Assembly: GCA_024637115.1 (NCBI GenBank)
Contig: JAGXFU010000014.1
Span: forward strand, 6,524 to 70,523
Direction: 5' to 3'
DNA length: 64,000 nucleotides
DNA from: Actinomycetes bacterium
GTDB taxonomy: Bacteria; Actinomycetota; Coriobacteriia; Anaerosomatales; JAGXFU01
A program made the position numbers and the translations under genes. Positions 9,853-19,736 of this stretch are shown in pieces (the first letter of the stretch is position 1; the number at the start of each line of letters is the position of its first letter). A model generated the notes under the pieces. It was not told the origin of the DNA and did not search any database. It saw only the letters and a program-made list of their open reading frames with translations.

Positions 9853-10791
9853 CTAGCCGAGGAGAACGGATAGCAACGCCTTCTGGGCGTGCAACCGGTT
9901 CTCCGCCTCGTCATAGATGACGGATTGTGGCCCGTCCATGACCTCATCGGTGACTTCTTCGCCCCGATGTGCGGGCAGGCAGTGCATGAATAGCGCATCA
10001 GGTGCGGCCTTCGCCATGAGTGATGCGTCTACGCGGAACGTCTCGAATGCTGCAAGGCGAGAGGCGTGCTCACTCTCCTGCCCCATCGATGCCCACGTGT
10101 CCGTTGCAACGATGTCTGCACCCGCTACGGCATGAGCCGGATTGTTGGAAAGAGTGATCGAGGCACCGGTACTCCGCGCAATGCTTCGCGATTGCTCAAT
10201 GATCTCCGCCTTGGGCTCAAATCCCACCGGAGTGGCAACGCTCACGTTCATTCCGCTCAGAGCGCCGCCGAGCATGTAGGTATGCGCCATGTTGTTACCA
10301 TCGCCAACGTAGGCGAACCTGAGACCCGAAAGATCTCCCTTGTGTTCGCGTATCGTAAGCAGGTCTGCCAGCCCCTGGCACGGGTGATGGTCATCGGTGA
10401 GCGCGTTTACGACAGGAACGCGTGCGTGCTCTGCGATCTCTTCGACCATCGACTGCGAGAACGTACGGATGACGATGGCGTCCACATAGCGCTCCAGCAC
10501 CTTGGTTGTGTCCAAAACGCTTTCGCCCCGCGAAAACGCGGTGTCGGACCCGGCCAACAGAACAGGTGCAGCCCCGAGTCGTGCACACGCTACCTCAAAC
10601 GACACGAGCGTGCGCATCGACGGTTTCTGGAAGATGAGCGCAATGGACTTGCCGGCGAGAGGATGAGACCGGCTACCGGCGAGTCCCCATGCGCGTTTCT
10701 GACTCCCGGCGACATCGAGAAGGTGTGACAGCTCCGTGGATGAAAGGTCAGCGAGGGAAAGAAGGTCGCGCCCTTTGAGCACGTCGGTCAC
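9853..10791 (-). CDS. argF: Ornithine carbamoyltransferase (variant SMRT carbamoyl-phosphate motif)
   Basis: FQKPSMRT, HPCQ, DTWASMGQE, HCLPAHRGEE. Confidence 0.93.
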   Translation of the reverse strand: MTDVLKGRDLLSLADLSSTELSHLLDVAGSQKRAWGLAGSRSHPLAGKSIALIFQKPSMRTLVSFEVACARLGAAPVLLAGSDTAFSRGESVLDTTKVLERYVDAIVIRTFSQSMVEEIAEHARVPVVNALTDDHHPCQGLADLLTIREHKGDLSGLRFAYVGDGNNMAHTYMLGGALSGMNVSVATPVGFEPKAEIIEQSRSIARSTGASITLSNNPAHAVAGADIVATDTWASMGQESEHASRLAAFETFRVDASLMAKAAPDALFMHCLPAHRGEEVTDEVMDGPQSVIYDEAENRLHAQKALLSVLLG

Positions 10792-12002
10792 AATGCCACC
10801 TCCTGCGTGTCGAGCAATGATTGCAAGTGAGTGAGAAGTGTATCAATCTCAGCGTTTGTGCACACCAAGGGTGGCAAGAATCGGATGATATTCGTGCCGA
10901 TGTTGTTCAGCACCAGACCAAGTTCAAGTGCGTTCTCCGCGATCTGGGCCGCGTTCGGCTCGTGCAACTCGATGGCCAGCATCAATCCAACGCCACGAAC
11001 CTCCCGTATTGCCCCCGTCCGAGCACTTAGTGATTCAAGACCGGCAGCGAAGTATGCGCCGACAGTGGTTGCGTTCTCGCCCAGACCCTCGCTCTTGAGC
11101 GCGCTCAGAGTCGCGCGGGCAGCCGCACACACGGCCGGTCCGCCAGCGAACGTGGATCCGTGGTCACCCGGCTGAAACGCAACTCCGAGTTCGCCACGAC
11201 CAAGCACCGCTCCGATCGGCAGACCGTTGCCGACCGCTTTGGCGACCGTGAGGATGTCCGGTCTCACATCCGCGTGCATGTGTGCGAATGCAGGTCCGGT
11301 ACGATACATGCCGCACTGCACCTCATCAAAGATCAAGACGATCTCACGCTCATCACAGAGCTGGCGGACCGCACGCAGGTATTCCGGATCACACAGACGG
11401 ACTCCGCCTTCGCCCTGAACCGGCTCAAGCATCACAGCGCACACCGTCTCGTCGAGTGCGCCGGTTAGCGCATCGATGTCATTGAGCGGAACGTGGATGA
11501 ATCCTTCCGGCATAGGGGCAAAGGCTTCCTGTTTCCCGGGCTGGCCCGTAGCCGCCAATGCGGCAAGGGTACGACCATGGAAGCTGCCGAGGGCGGTCAC
11601 GATCGTGCGCGCTTCCGCTCCCTTGTGAAGATGCGCCCACTTGCGGGCAAGCTTGATCGCCCCTTCACTCGCCTCCGTACCGGAATTGCAGAAGAACACC
11701 CGCATATCGCCACCGGCAAGCTCGCAGAGTTCCTTGGCAAGTTCGGAGCGATGCTCAACGTAGTAGAGGTTACTCACGTGAACGAGCTTGGTGGCCTGAT
11801 CGCACATCGCCGCAGTGACCGCCGGATGCGCATGTCCGAGATTGACCGCGCCGATACCCGAGACGAAGTCAAGATATTCGCGACCTTCATCATCATAGAG
11901 ACGCATACCGTCGCCACGTACGAACATCACCGGTTTGCGCGTGTATGTCGGCATATGGAATGCCGCATCGAGTGCCGCTGATTGATCTAGCCGTGCACCC
12001 AT
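10788..12002 (-). CDS. argD: Acetylornithine aminotransferase
   Basis: FCNSGTEA, FHGRT, EPVQGEGG, FDEVQCG, AKAVGNG (PLP Lys), HGSTFAG. Confidence 0.95.
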   Translation of the reverse strand: MGARLDQSAALDAAFHMPTYTRKPVMFVRGDGMRLYDDEGREYLDFVSGIGAVNLGHAHPAVTAAMCDQATKLVHVSNLYYVEHRSELAKELCELAGGDMRVFFCNSGTEASEGAIKLARKWAHLHKGAEARTIVTALGSFHGRTLAALAATGQPGKQEAFAPMPEGFIHVPLNDIDALTGALDETVCAVMLEPVQGEGGVRLCDPEYLRAVRQLCDEREIVLIFDEVQCGMYRTGPAFAHMHADVRPDILTVAKAVGNGLPIGAVLGRGELGVAFQPGDHGSTFAGGPAVCAAARATLSALKSEGLGENATTVGAYFAAGLESLSARTGAIREVRGVGLMLAIELHEPNAAQIAENALELGLVLNNIGTNIIRFLPPLVCTNAEIDTLLTHLQSLLDTQEVAL

Positions 12003-12003
12003 A

Positions 12004-12954
12004 CTAGGACACCCCTCTCGAAGAGATTCCGTTGACCACTGCTACGGTTGCGCCGGAAGTGGTCACCTCTTCGAACTCGGCTCCTGTGATCCGATGATCG
12101 TCCGGATGGACCAGCATGGTTCCGACCCCCTGGTCGGTGAATACCTCAAGGAGCAACGAATGCGAAACGGTCCCGTTCAGAATGTGAGCCCGCCACACTC
12201 CGCCGCGGAGTGCATGCACGCACGCGCCGACTTTCGGGATCATGCCGCTCGCAAGGAGGTCGGCAACGATCATTTCCTCGGCATCACCCAGGGCGAGCGT
12301 GGAAATCAGTGACGTCTTGTCATCAAAGTCCGCATACAAGCCATCGACATCGGTCAGGAAGATGACCTTGTCCGCATCGAGTGCGGCTGCAAGCTCACCG
12401 GCAACGAGGTCTGCGTTGATGTTGAAACTGCCGCCGTCATCCCCTGCTGCGACGGTGGCGATAACCGGAATGAAGCCGTCTTCGATGAGTTTGTGAACGA
12501 CAGTGGTATCGATGTCGGTAACCTCACCCACACGGCCGAGGCGTTCGCTCTTCTGGGTCGCCTTGATGAGGTTCGCGTCATCGCCGGCAATGCCGACCGC
12601 CAGCCGACCGTGGGTGTTGATCGATGCCACAAGTTCCTTGTTCACTTTGCCGACAAGTACCATCTTGACGATCTCCATTGCCTCGTCAGAGGTCACTCGC
12701 AAGCCATCGTAGAACTCGACCGGCATATCAAGACGCTCCATGTATTTCGAAATCTCGGGACCGCCGCCATGGACGATGACAGGGTTGATGCCAACGAGCT
12801 TCATCAAGACGATGTCGCTTGCGACGCTCTCGCGCAGGGCCGGATCGGTCATGGCGGCGCCGCCGTACTTGATGACGACCGTTTTGCCCCACATCTGCTT
12901 GATCCACGGCAGGGCCTCGGTCAGCGTCTCTGCTTTGTGTAAGAACTGCTCCAT
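12004..12954 (-). CDS. argB: Acetylglutamate kinase
   Basis: VIKYGGAAM, VHGGGPEI, GLRVT, NINAD, GMIPKV; SD GGAGGGG before ATG 12954. Confidence 0.96.
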   Translation of the reverse strand: MEQFLHKAETLTEALPWIKQMWGKTVVIKYGGAAMTDPALRESVASDIVLMKLVGINPVIVHGGGPEISKYMERLDMPVEFYDGLRVTSDEAMEIVKMVLVGKVNKELVASINTHGRLAVGIAGDDANLIKATQKSERLGRVGEVTDIDTTVVHKLIEDGFIPVIATVAAGDDGGSFNINADLVAGELAAALDADKVIFLTDVDGLYADFDDKTSLISTLALGDAEEMIVADLLASGMIPKVGACVHALRGGVWRAHILNGTVSHSLLLEVFTDQGVGTMLVHPDDHRITGAEFEEVTTSGATVAVVNGISSRGVS

Positions 12955-13033
12955 GGTACGTCCCCTCCGGTTCGGCAAGCGACATGTGCTTGTCGCGAAT
13001 GATTCAAGTCCCTTGTGCGCTCCTGTCGTAGCG

Positions 13034-14248
13034 CTAGGTTCGGTAGTCACCGTTAATGCGAACGTACTCATATGACAGGTCGCACGTCAGGACTGTCGCC
13101 TGACCTTCTCCAATATGCAGGTCCACAATCACATCGATCTCGTCGTTGGCAAGCGCGATTGCGGCAGCTTTCTCGTCGAAGAGGAAACCAGTCCCGTGCT
13201 TGCAGGTTGTGATTCCTGCGAATATGACCTCGATTGCATCGGGGTCGACTTTCGCGCGCGACTTGCCAACGGCCATCACGACCCGACCCCAGTTCGCATC
13301 GGCGCCAAAGATCGCCGTTTTGAACAGTGGTGAATTGGCGATAGACAGCGCCGCTTCATGGGCGTCATCCTCACTAGCCGCACCGCGCACCGTCACGGTA
13401 ATGAGCTTGGTGGCGCCCTCGCCGTCGCGAACGATCATGCGGGCGAGTTCCCTACATACTTCCTCGATAGCAGCCGCAACCGGCTCATATCGCGGACTAT
13501 CGGGGGCAATCGCATCTCCTCCGGCTGCACCAGAGGCCATCAATACCACCATGTCGTTGGTCGAAGTATCACTATCAACGCTGATCCGATTGAATGTGCG
13601 GGTCGTGGCGGTTGTCAGTGCGGCACGAGTCGCCTCTGAGGTAAGCGGTGCATCGGTCGTGACGTAGGCGAGCATGGTAGCCATATTAGGCATGATCATC
13701 CCGCTGCCCTTCGCCATGCCCCCCACAACGTAGCGCGACCCATCAACGTCTACGGACAGCGCGATCTGCTTGGGAAACGTATCTGTCGTCATTATCGCCT
13801 CGGCCGCCGAAGTGCCATCAGCACTGTCGAGGAGAGCCGCAGCATCAGCGATACCCGCTGTCACACGTTCAATGGGAAGCGGCATTCCAATGACGCCTGT
13901 TGAGGCAACGAGCACCATCGAAGCATCAACGCCCAGGGAGTCTGCGCATGCACGAGCCATCGCCTCGGCATCGCGCATGCCCTGAGCACCTGTACACGCG
14001 TTCGCGTTGCCGGAGTTCGTAACCACCGCCCGAGCCATCCCTGACGCGATGTGGGCGCGAGAGAGATGCACCGGGGGTGCAGCCATCGAGTTCAATGTGA
14101 ATACTGCAGCTGCGGGACAGGCCTCTTGGGCAGCCAGGATCGCGACATCACGCTTGCCGGATTTCTTGAGTCCGGCACTCACCCCGGAGCACACGAATCC
14201 GACAGGAGCGACCACTCCGCCTTCTAGTGATGTGAACCTACTGCTCAT
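13034..14248 (-). CDS. argJ: Bifunctional glutamate N-acetyltransferase/amino-acid acetyltransferase
   Basis: NSGNANACTG, STGVIG, IMTTDT, AKGSGMIMPNMATML (autocleavage site), DTSTND, DANWGR. Confidence 0.96.
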   Translation of the reverse strand: MSSRFTSLEGGVVAPVGFVCSGVSAGLKKSGKRDVAILAAQEACPAAAVFTLNSMAAPPVHLSRAHIASGMARAVVTNSGNANACTGAQGMRDAEAMARACADSLGVDASMVLVASTGVIGMPLPIERVTAGIADAAALLDSADGTSAAEAIMTTDTFPKQIALSVDVDGSRYVVGGMAKGSGMIMPNMATMLAYVTTDAPLTSEATRAALTTATTRTFNRISVDSDTSTNDMVVLMASGAAGGDAIAPDSPRYEPVAAAIEEVCRELARMIVRDGEGATKLITVTVRGAASEDDAHEAALSIANSPLFKTAIFGADANWGRVVMAVGKSRAKVDPDAIEVIFAGITTCKHGTGFLFDEKAAAIALANDEIDVIVDLHIGEGQATVLTCDLSYEYVRINGDYRT

Positions 14249-14256
14249 CTCGCCCC

Positions 14257-15294
14257 CTAAACGACTGGAGCAGGGATAAGAAGCCCTGCGGTCTCTTCAT
14301 AGCCATACACGATATTCGCGCACTGGAGGGCCTGACCCGCTGTGCCCTTGACGAGGTTATCAATAACGCATGCCGCAACCAGCACTCCCGTCCTGTCTAC
14401 AGTGACTCCGATGTGCGCCCGATTCGTTCCGCGCACCTCGGCGGTCGAGGGCATGCGTCCAGCGGGGTGCACCGTGAGGAACGGCTCGTTGGCGTAGCGC
14501 TCACGATAGAGCTCAACTGCTTCGTCCGAACTCATCGGCTCGATCAGATCGAGATAGACCGTAGCGAGAAGACCGCGGCTCATAGGTACGAGATGTGGCA
14601 CGAACACAACTGACACCGGGTGGCCGGCCGCGATCGAAAGACCCTGCTCGATCTCGGGAGTGTGACGATGGGTTCCCACCTTGTACGGTTGGATGGCTTC
14701 ATTCACCGTTGGATAGTGGGTGCTCGCCGAGGGAGTCTTACCTGCGCCTGAGACGCCTGACTTGGCATCGACGAACGCACGACTCCCTGCAACGAGTTCC
14801 GCCTCAAAAGCGGGCGCCGCCGCCAGCAGAGTCGCGGTCGGATAACAGCCGGGGCACGCTACAAGCTGGGCACCCGGGAGCGTTGAGCGATCAAGCTCGG
14901 GCAAACCGTACACGGCTCTTTCGAGCAACTCATCGCTCGAATGAGCGACTTGATACCACCGTTCGTATACTTCCGGATCCTTAAGCCGATAGTCAGCCGA
15001 AGCATCAATGACGGTAAGACCGGCCAACAAGAGTTGAGGCGCGATCTCCAGGGCAGCCGTATGTGGAACGGCCAGAAAGGCGACATCGGCCATCTGAGCA
15101 ATGTGCTCTAGATTCGGCTCGGTATAGACGAGACTCGTGAGTCCTCCCAAAGAGGGGTACATATCTGTGACGGCGCGCCCCGCCTGGGCATTCGACGTGG
15201 CAAGCGTTATCTCAAACGAAGGATGCCCGAGAAGAAGGCGTGTGAGTTCCACTCCTGCGTAGCCGGGAGCACCGATTATCGCCGCGCGCGTCAC
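14257..15294 (-). CDS. argC: N-acetyl-gamma-glutamyl-phosphate reductase
   Basis: GAPGYAG, SADYRL, PGCYPT, SGVSGAG, HRHTPEI, DNLVKGTAGQA. Confidence 0.96.
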   Translation of the reverse strand: MTRAAIIGAPGYAGVELTRLLLGHPSFEITLATSNAQAGRAVTDMYPSLGGLTSLVYTEPNLEHIAQMADVAFLAVPHTAALEIAPQLLLAGLTVIDASADYRLKDPEVYERWYQVAHSSDELLERAVYGLPELDRSTLPGAQLVACPGCYPTATLLAAAPAFEAELVAGSRAFVDAKSGVSGAGKTPSASTHYPTVNEAIQPYKVGTHRHTPEIEQGLSIAAGHPVSVVFVPHLVPMSRGLLATVYLDLIEPMSSDEAVELYRERYANEPFLTVHPAGRMPSTAEVRGTNRAHIGVTVDRTGVLVAACVIDNLVKGTAGQALQCANIVYGYEETAGLLIPAPVV

Positions 15295-15324
15295 TGATTG
15301 CCTCCTCCGTATAGGAATGAGGCA

Positions 15325-15353
15325 ATTCTATGGTCAAATCGCATACACGTCAA
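15325..15353 (-). promoter_or_regulatory. Housekeeping sigma promoter of the arg operon
   Basis: TTGACG-17 nt-TAGAAT on the minus strand, about 30 nt above argC. Confidence 0.8.
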
Positions 15354-15384
15354 CGCATATGCGAAAATACTTCATACATATGCG
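15340..15384. promoter_or_regulatory. Tandem ARG boxes (ArgR operator) overlapping the -35
   Basis: TTCATACATATGCG (15371-15384) and TCAACGCATATGCG (15350-15363); CATATGCG recurs at 21-bp spacing; extra half site at 15340-15347. Confidence 0.7.
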
Positions 15385-15391
15385 CCTGAAG

Positions 15392-17851
15392 TCAGGAGCG
15401 TAGCTCCGCACCCAATGATGCGGAGACCTTACGGATCGCGCGATCATGCGCCGGCCGTACTTCCTCATCGGTGAGCGTACGATCCTCTGCCCGATAGGAG
15501 AGCGCGAACGCAAGACTCTTCTTGCCTTCAGGAATACCGGCACCGCGGTACACGTCAAAGAGCCTCACGCTCTCCAGCAACTTGCCGCCGGCCTTGGACA
15601 GTGACTGCTCCACACTCTCGGCAGTCACCGCTTCGTCGACGACAAGCGCCACATCAAACGAAATTGCCGGAAATCTGGGTACATCAGTGGACGGTCTTAT
15701 CGCGACGGCGGCCTTGATGAGCGCGGCGAGCTGCAGCTCGAACATGACGACCGGTGCCTGAGCCTCAAACTGCTCGAGAACGCGCGGATGCACCTCACCG
15801 AGCCACCCGACTGACTGACCTCTCACGACAATCTCTGCGGCGCGCCCCGGCTGAAGCCACGGCACATCCGCAGAGCGTGTTGACCATCGGGAAATGCCGA
15901 GGTCTTCGAGCAGTATTTCGACGATTCCCTTTCCATCAAAGAAGTTGAGTTGTGGTCCGCGCAGCGCCGCATCCACCCCTTTGTCCTTGGAACGCGGATC
16001 ATGCCACGTCGGCGCGTGCCAGCGACCCGCGAGCAGGCCCGCCACAACATCTCTCTCACGCGGCAGCTTTCGTCCCTCTGATGTCGAGAACACCCGCCCA
16101 AGTTCGTAGAGGTGCACATTCTCCACCCCGCGTCGCTGATTGTAGGAAACCGCTCGCAACAGACCCGGGGCAAGTGTGCGGCGCAGCACAGCCTGCTCTT
16201 CGGACATGGGATTGAGGAGTTCGACCAGGAGTTCCCCATCGTCGAGCTCCCACGAGAGCCGACCAAGATCACCGGGGTCGACGAAGGCGTAGGTGATCGT
16301 CTCATTGAGACCGGCAGCTCGCATCGTGGCAGCGATTCGCTCGCGCCACCGCTGGCCCGAGTCGAGACCGCCGATGCGCTCTCTTCCACCGGGGAGCGTC
16401 GAGGGAACGCGATCCATCCCCCACACGCGCAGAACCTCCTCGATCAGGTCTATCTCACGGGTGAGATCGGGACGGAACGAAGGGATGTCGACCGAGAAGC
16501 TGTCATCACCATCGTGCACCTCCACACCAAGACCAAGCGCCCGCAGAACGGTCTCGATATCTTGCGCCGGGAGCTGTGTTCCAAGCATGCGGTTCACACG
16601 AGACCGTCTGAGTTCAAGCGACCTGTCCTGGATCGGTTCGGGACACACGTCAACCAGTCCCGGCGCCACAAGACCACCGCAGTACTCGGCCATGAGCTGC
16701 GCTGCCCTGTTCTGGGCGGCAATACAGCCCATCGGATCGACTCCACGCTCGAATCGCATGGATGCCTCAGAGATGAGGGCTAACGACCTGCTGGTGTGGC
16801 TCGTAACGACTTGATCAAACGAAGCAGCTTCGAGAATGATGTCCACGGTCTCCTCGGAAACCTCGGTGTTCTCGCCGCCCATGACGCCCGCCAGGCCGAC
16901 TGGCCCGTTCGGGTCGGCAATGATCAGCATACCGGGGTCGAGAGGGCGATCCTGGCCGTCAAGGGTCGTCAGACGCTCTCCGGCTCCAGCCCGACGCACG
17001 ATGATATGAGACACCCCCTCTGAATCCCTACCGAGAGTGGCCGCGTCGAATGCGTGCAGCGGTTGTCCGAGCTCGAACATCACATAGTTCGTGATATCCA
17101 CAACGTTGTTCACCGGTCGCTGCCCGAGCGCGACTATTCGCTCGACCAGCCAATCAGGCGACGGGCCGATCTTCACATTTCGGATCAACCGCGCGGTATA
17201 TCGGGAACAGAGCTCCGGATCGAGAATGTCTACGCGGAGCGAATCAGCAATCGGCTCTCCGGTCTCATCCGGGAATCCGCTCGGGATCTCGAAGGTCGTA
17301 CCGAGAACGGCTGCCATCTCGCGCGCCATTCCGACAACCGAGAGACAATCAGGTCGATTCGGCGTGATCTCCAGTTCCAGGACCGTGTCGGTAAGGTCCT
17401 TGTACTCCGCGAACGGCACACCCACCGGTGCATCCGGCGGGAGAATCAACAAGCCGGATTGGTCTGACCCCATGCCCAGTTCTGCCGCCGAGCAGTTCAT
17501 GCCCATGCTCACAACGCCGCGCAACTTGGCCTTTTTGATCTCCATGCCGTTGGGCAACGTAGAGCCAACGGTTGCAACCGGCACCTTATCTCCGGTCTCG
17601 AAGTTCTGCGCTCCACACACGATTGTCAGTAGTGCGTCTGAACCGACATCAACGGTGGTCACCCACAGCTTGTCAGCGTCCGGATGTGACTCCTTGGCGA
17701 CAATCTGACCAACGACAACGCCGTCAAGCGCTTCGCCGATAGTGATCACTGTTTCAACAGCCGTACCCGTAAGATCAAGTCGGTCTTTCAGCTCGTCTAT
17801 CGACATATCGATATCGAGCAGGGTCTTCATCCATTTCAGCGAGATTCGCAT
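15392..17851 (-). CDS. pheT: Phenylalanine-tRNA ligase beta subunit
   Basis: HPDADKL, IVCGAQN, TPNRPDC, NNVVDITNYV, RFERGVD, DLIEEV and a C-terminal anticodon-binding domain. Confidence 0.97.
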   Translation of the reverse strand: MRISLKWMKTLLDIDMSIDELKDRLDLTGTAVETVITIGEALDGVVVGQIVAKESHPDADKLWVTTVDVGSDALLTIVCGAQNFETGDKVPVATVGSTLPNGMEIKKAKLRGVVSMGMNCSAAELGMGSDQSGLLILPPDAPVGVPFAEYKDLTDTVLELEITPNRPDCLSVVGMAREMAAVLGTTFEIPSGFPDETGEPIADSLRVDILDPELCSRYTARLIRNVKIGPSPDWLVERIVALGQRPVNNVVDITNYVMFELGQPLHAFDAATLGRDSEGVSHIIVRRAGAGERLTTLDGQDRPLDPGMLIIADPNGPVGLAGVMGGENTEVSEETVDIILEAASFDQVVTSHTSRSLALISEASMRFERGVDPMGCIAAQNRAAQLMAEYCGGLVAPGLVDVCPEPIQDRSLELRRSRVNRMLGTQLPAQDIETVLRALGLGVEVHDGDDSFSVDIPSFRPDLTREIDLIEEVLRVWGMDRVPSTLPGGRERIGGLDSGQRWRERIAATMRAAGLNETITYAFVDPGDLGRLSWELDDGELLVELLNPMSEEQAVLRRTLAPGLLRAVSYNQRRGVENVHLYELGRVFSTSEGRKLPRERDVVAGLLAGRWHAPTWHDPRSKDKGVDAALRGPQLNFFDGKGIVEILLEDLGISRWSTRSADVPWLQPGRAAEIVVRGQSVGWLGEVHPRVLEQFEAQAPVVMFELQLAALIKAAVAIRPSTDVPRFPAISFDVALVVDEAVTAESVEQSLSKAGGKLLESVRLFDVYRGAGIPEGKKSLAFALSYRAEDRTLTDEEVRPAHDRAIRKVSASLGAELRS

Positions 17852-17924
17852 CTCGGTCCTCGTTCCCTTCTGCAACTACCAGACAGATTCACGCGGGCGC
17901 ACCAGACGCACCCGGCAATGCACA

Positions 17925-18986
17925 TCAGAATTGGCGGAGGAAGCGCATATCACCCTCGACCAGCATTCTCAGATCAGGGATGTTGTACTTGAGGGCGGCG
18001 ATCCGCTCAACACCCATCCCGAAAGCAAAACCGCTGAAACGCTCCGTGTCGATATCCACGTAGCCGAACACGTTCGGGTCAACCATGCCGCACCCGAGAA
18101 TCTCGAGCCACCCTGTGTACTTGCAGAATCGGCAGCCGTCTCCTCCACAGATCCCACAGGATACGTCTACCTCAGCCGAAGGCTCGGTGAACGGGAAGAA
18201 GTGCGGCCTGAAGCGCGTCTTGCGATCGTGGCCGAACATCTCCTTGCAGAAATAGTCGAGTGTTCCCTTGAGATCACCAAAGGTGATGCCCTCATCGACC
18301 ACCAGGCCCTCCACTTGTGTGAACTGCGGCAGGTGACTGGGATCGGCAATGTCTCGCCTGAAGACCTTGCCCGGAGCAAGCACGTAGATCGGTGGCTCCT
18401 CGTTCTCCATCACGCGTACTTGCACAGGACTTGTGTGCGTACGCAGGAGCACATCCGACTCACCGGTAGTGCGCGCATCACCGGCCTCAAGGTCGCGCAC
18501 ATAGAACGTGTCAGTCGCGGCACGAGCCGGATGTGCAGGTGGGTGATTGAGGGCCGTGAAGTTGTAGTAGTCGAGCTCGACTTGAGGACCCTCCACAATG
18601 CGATATCCCAGACCAATGAACACCTCGACCACCTGTCGAGTGATCATCTCAATAAGGTGTTCTCTGCCGGGGACGCGCCCGCGTCCCGGAAGGGTCACGT
18701 CAACTGCATCTGCACTGACCTTCGCTTCGAGCTCCACGTGCTCAAGATCGCGCCTTCGCCCGTCCAGCGCAGCCTCCAATTCCTGCCGGACCTCATTAGA
18801 GGTCTTGCCAACAATCGGTCGCTCTTGGGCCGAGAGCGATCCAAGCCCTCGTAGGATTGCGGTTAACTCACCCTTTTTGCCAAGGTAAGCAACCCGTACT
18901 GTCTCGAGCGATGCGCCGTCTCCGGCAGCAGCTATCTCAGTCAACGCCTTCGTCCGCATGTCGTTGAGTTCGTCTATGGTACTCAT
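17925..18986 (-). CDS. pheS: Phenylalanine-tRNA ligase alpha subunit
   Basis: HPARAATDTFY, LLRTHTSPVQ, HLPQFTQVEG, FPFTEPS, GFAFGMGVER. Confidence 0.97.
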   Translation of the reverse strand: MSTIDELNDMRTKALTEIAAAGDGASLETVRVAYLGKKGELTAILRGLGSLSAQERPIVGKTSNEVRQELEAALDGRRRDLEHVELEAKVSADAVDVTLPGRGRVPGREHLIEMITRQVVEVFIGLGYRIVEGPQVELDYYNFTALNHPPAHPARAATDTFYVRDLEAGDARTTGESDVLLRTHTSPVQVRVMENEEPPIYVLAPGKVFRRDIADPSHLPQFTQVEGLVVDEGITFGDLKGTLDYFCKEMFGHDRKTRFRPHFFPFTEPSAEVDVSCGICGGDGCRFCKYTGWLEILGCGMVDPNVFGYVDIDTERFSGFAFGMGVERIAALKYNIPDLRMLVEGDMRFLRQF

Positions 18987-19035
18987 ACTCTCGCGTCGTC
19001 TCCTGTCCACCCGCGACTGTCCCTGCCTTATCCAG

Positions 19036-19337
19036 AAATCAAGAAGGGAGCCGGCCTTCGTCCTGTCACATGAGGACGAGAGTCGACTCCCGCGGTACCA
19101 CCTCGGTTGATCCGCTTACGCGAACCCGCTCGATGCACGCCTCGTGTGGCGCACGTGTACAGACTCACTTCTGCACCGACCTGATATCGGAGGTTCCGGC
19201 TCCCCTATTGAGACACGCTCGTCCGTTCAGTTCGCGGCTGCTGGAGTGAACCGCTCAGTCCTCGCCGAAGACCCTTTCAATCATGGGGCCTCTCCCTGTC
19301 CAGCGACTGAAGTACCTGAACGCCTCTCCGTCATTGC
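19036..19337 (-). ncRNA. Phe T-box riboswitch (transcription-terminator type) upstream of pheS
   Basis: Stem I with AGGGAGAG and GATTGAAAG elements; specifier UUC at 19248-19250 followed by ACUCC pairing to the 5' GGAG; T-box AGGTGGTACCGCG at 19091-19103; long terminator stem 19046-19091 with a U-rich tail. Confidence 0.88.
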
Positions 19338-19736
19338 CATGCTATGCGATTGGTTCTGAAGTTTAGCACCATGAGCTGAGGGCATCCACCCGCGCGATAC
19401 GCTACCAAGCGGGATCGTGAAGATGACACGGCCGCGAACCTGATCAAGGGGCACCGGTGAGCGATCCCTGGTGGAATTCGCATCCCCTTTAGTCCAAAGG
19501 TCTCCCGACTCAGAGAGTCGGTGAACGCGATGCAGCACCAACGACGCCCCGTCTGCGTAGAGCACGATGTCACCCGGCTCCACCGCAAGGCCGGATACAA
19601 CGACACAGATATCTCCACGCGCAAGCGCGGGTTCCATCGACCCACCCGCCACGATTGCGAGACGCATCCAGAGACCGCCCAAGACGACCATGAAACCGGC
19701 ACATGCCCACGCGGTCGGTACCATGAGCCTCCGCAC
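19281..19736 (-). CDS. sipW: Signal peptidase I, SipW/ER-type (S26B)
   Basis: GGSMEP (Ser), VLHRV (His), TKGDAN and an N-terminal TM; start overlaps the stop of the upstream gene. Confidence 0.82.
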   Translation of the reverse strand: MRRLMVPTAWACAGFMVVLGGLWMRLAIVAGGSMEPALARGDICVVVSGLAVEPGDIVLYADGASLVLHRVHRLSESGDLWTKGDANSTRDRSPVPLDQVRGRVIFTIPLGSVSRGWMPSAHGAKLQNQSHSMAMTERRSGTSVAGQGEAP

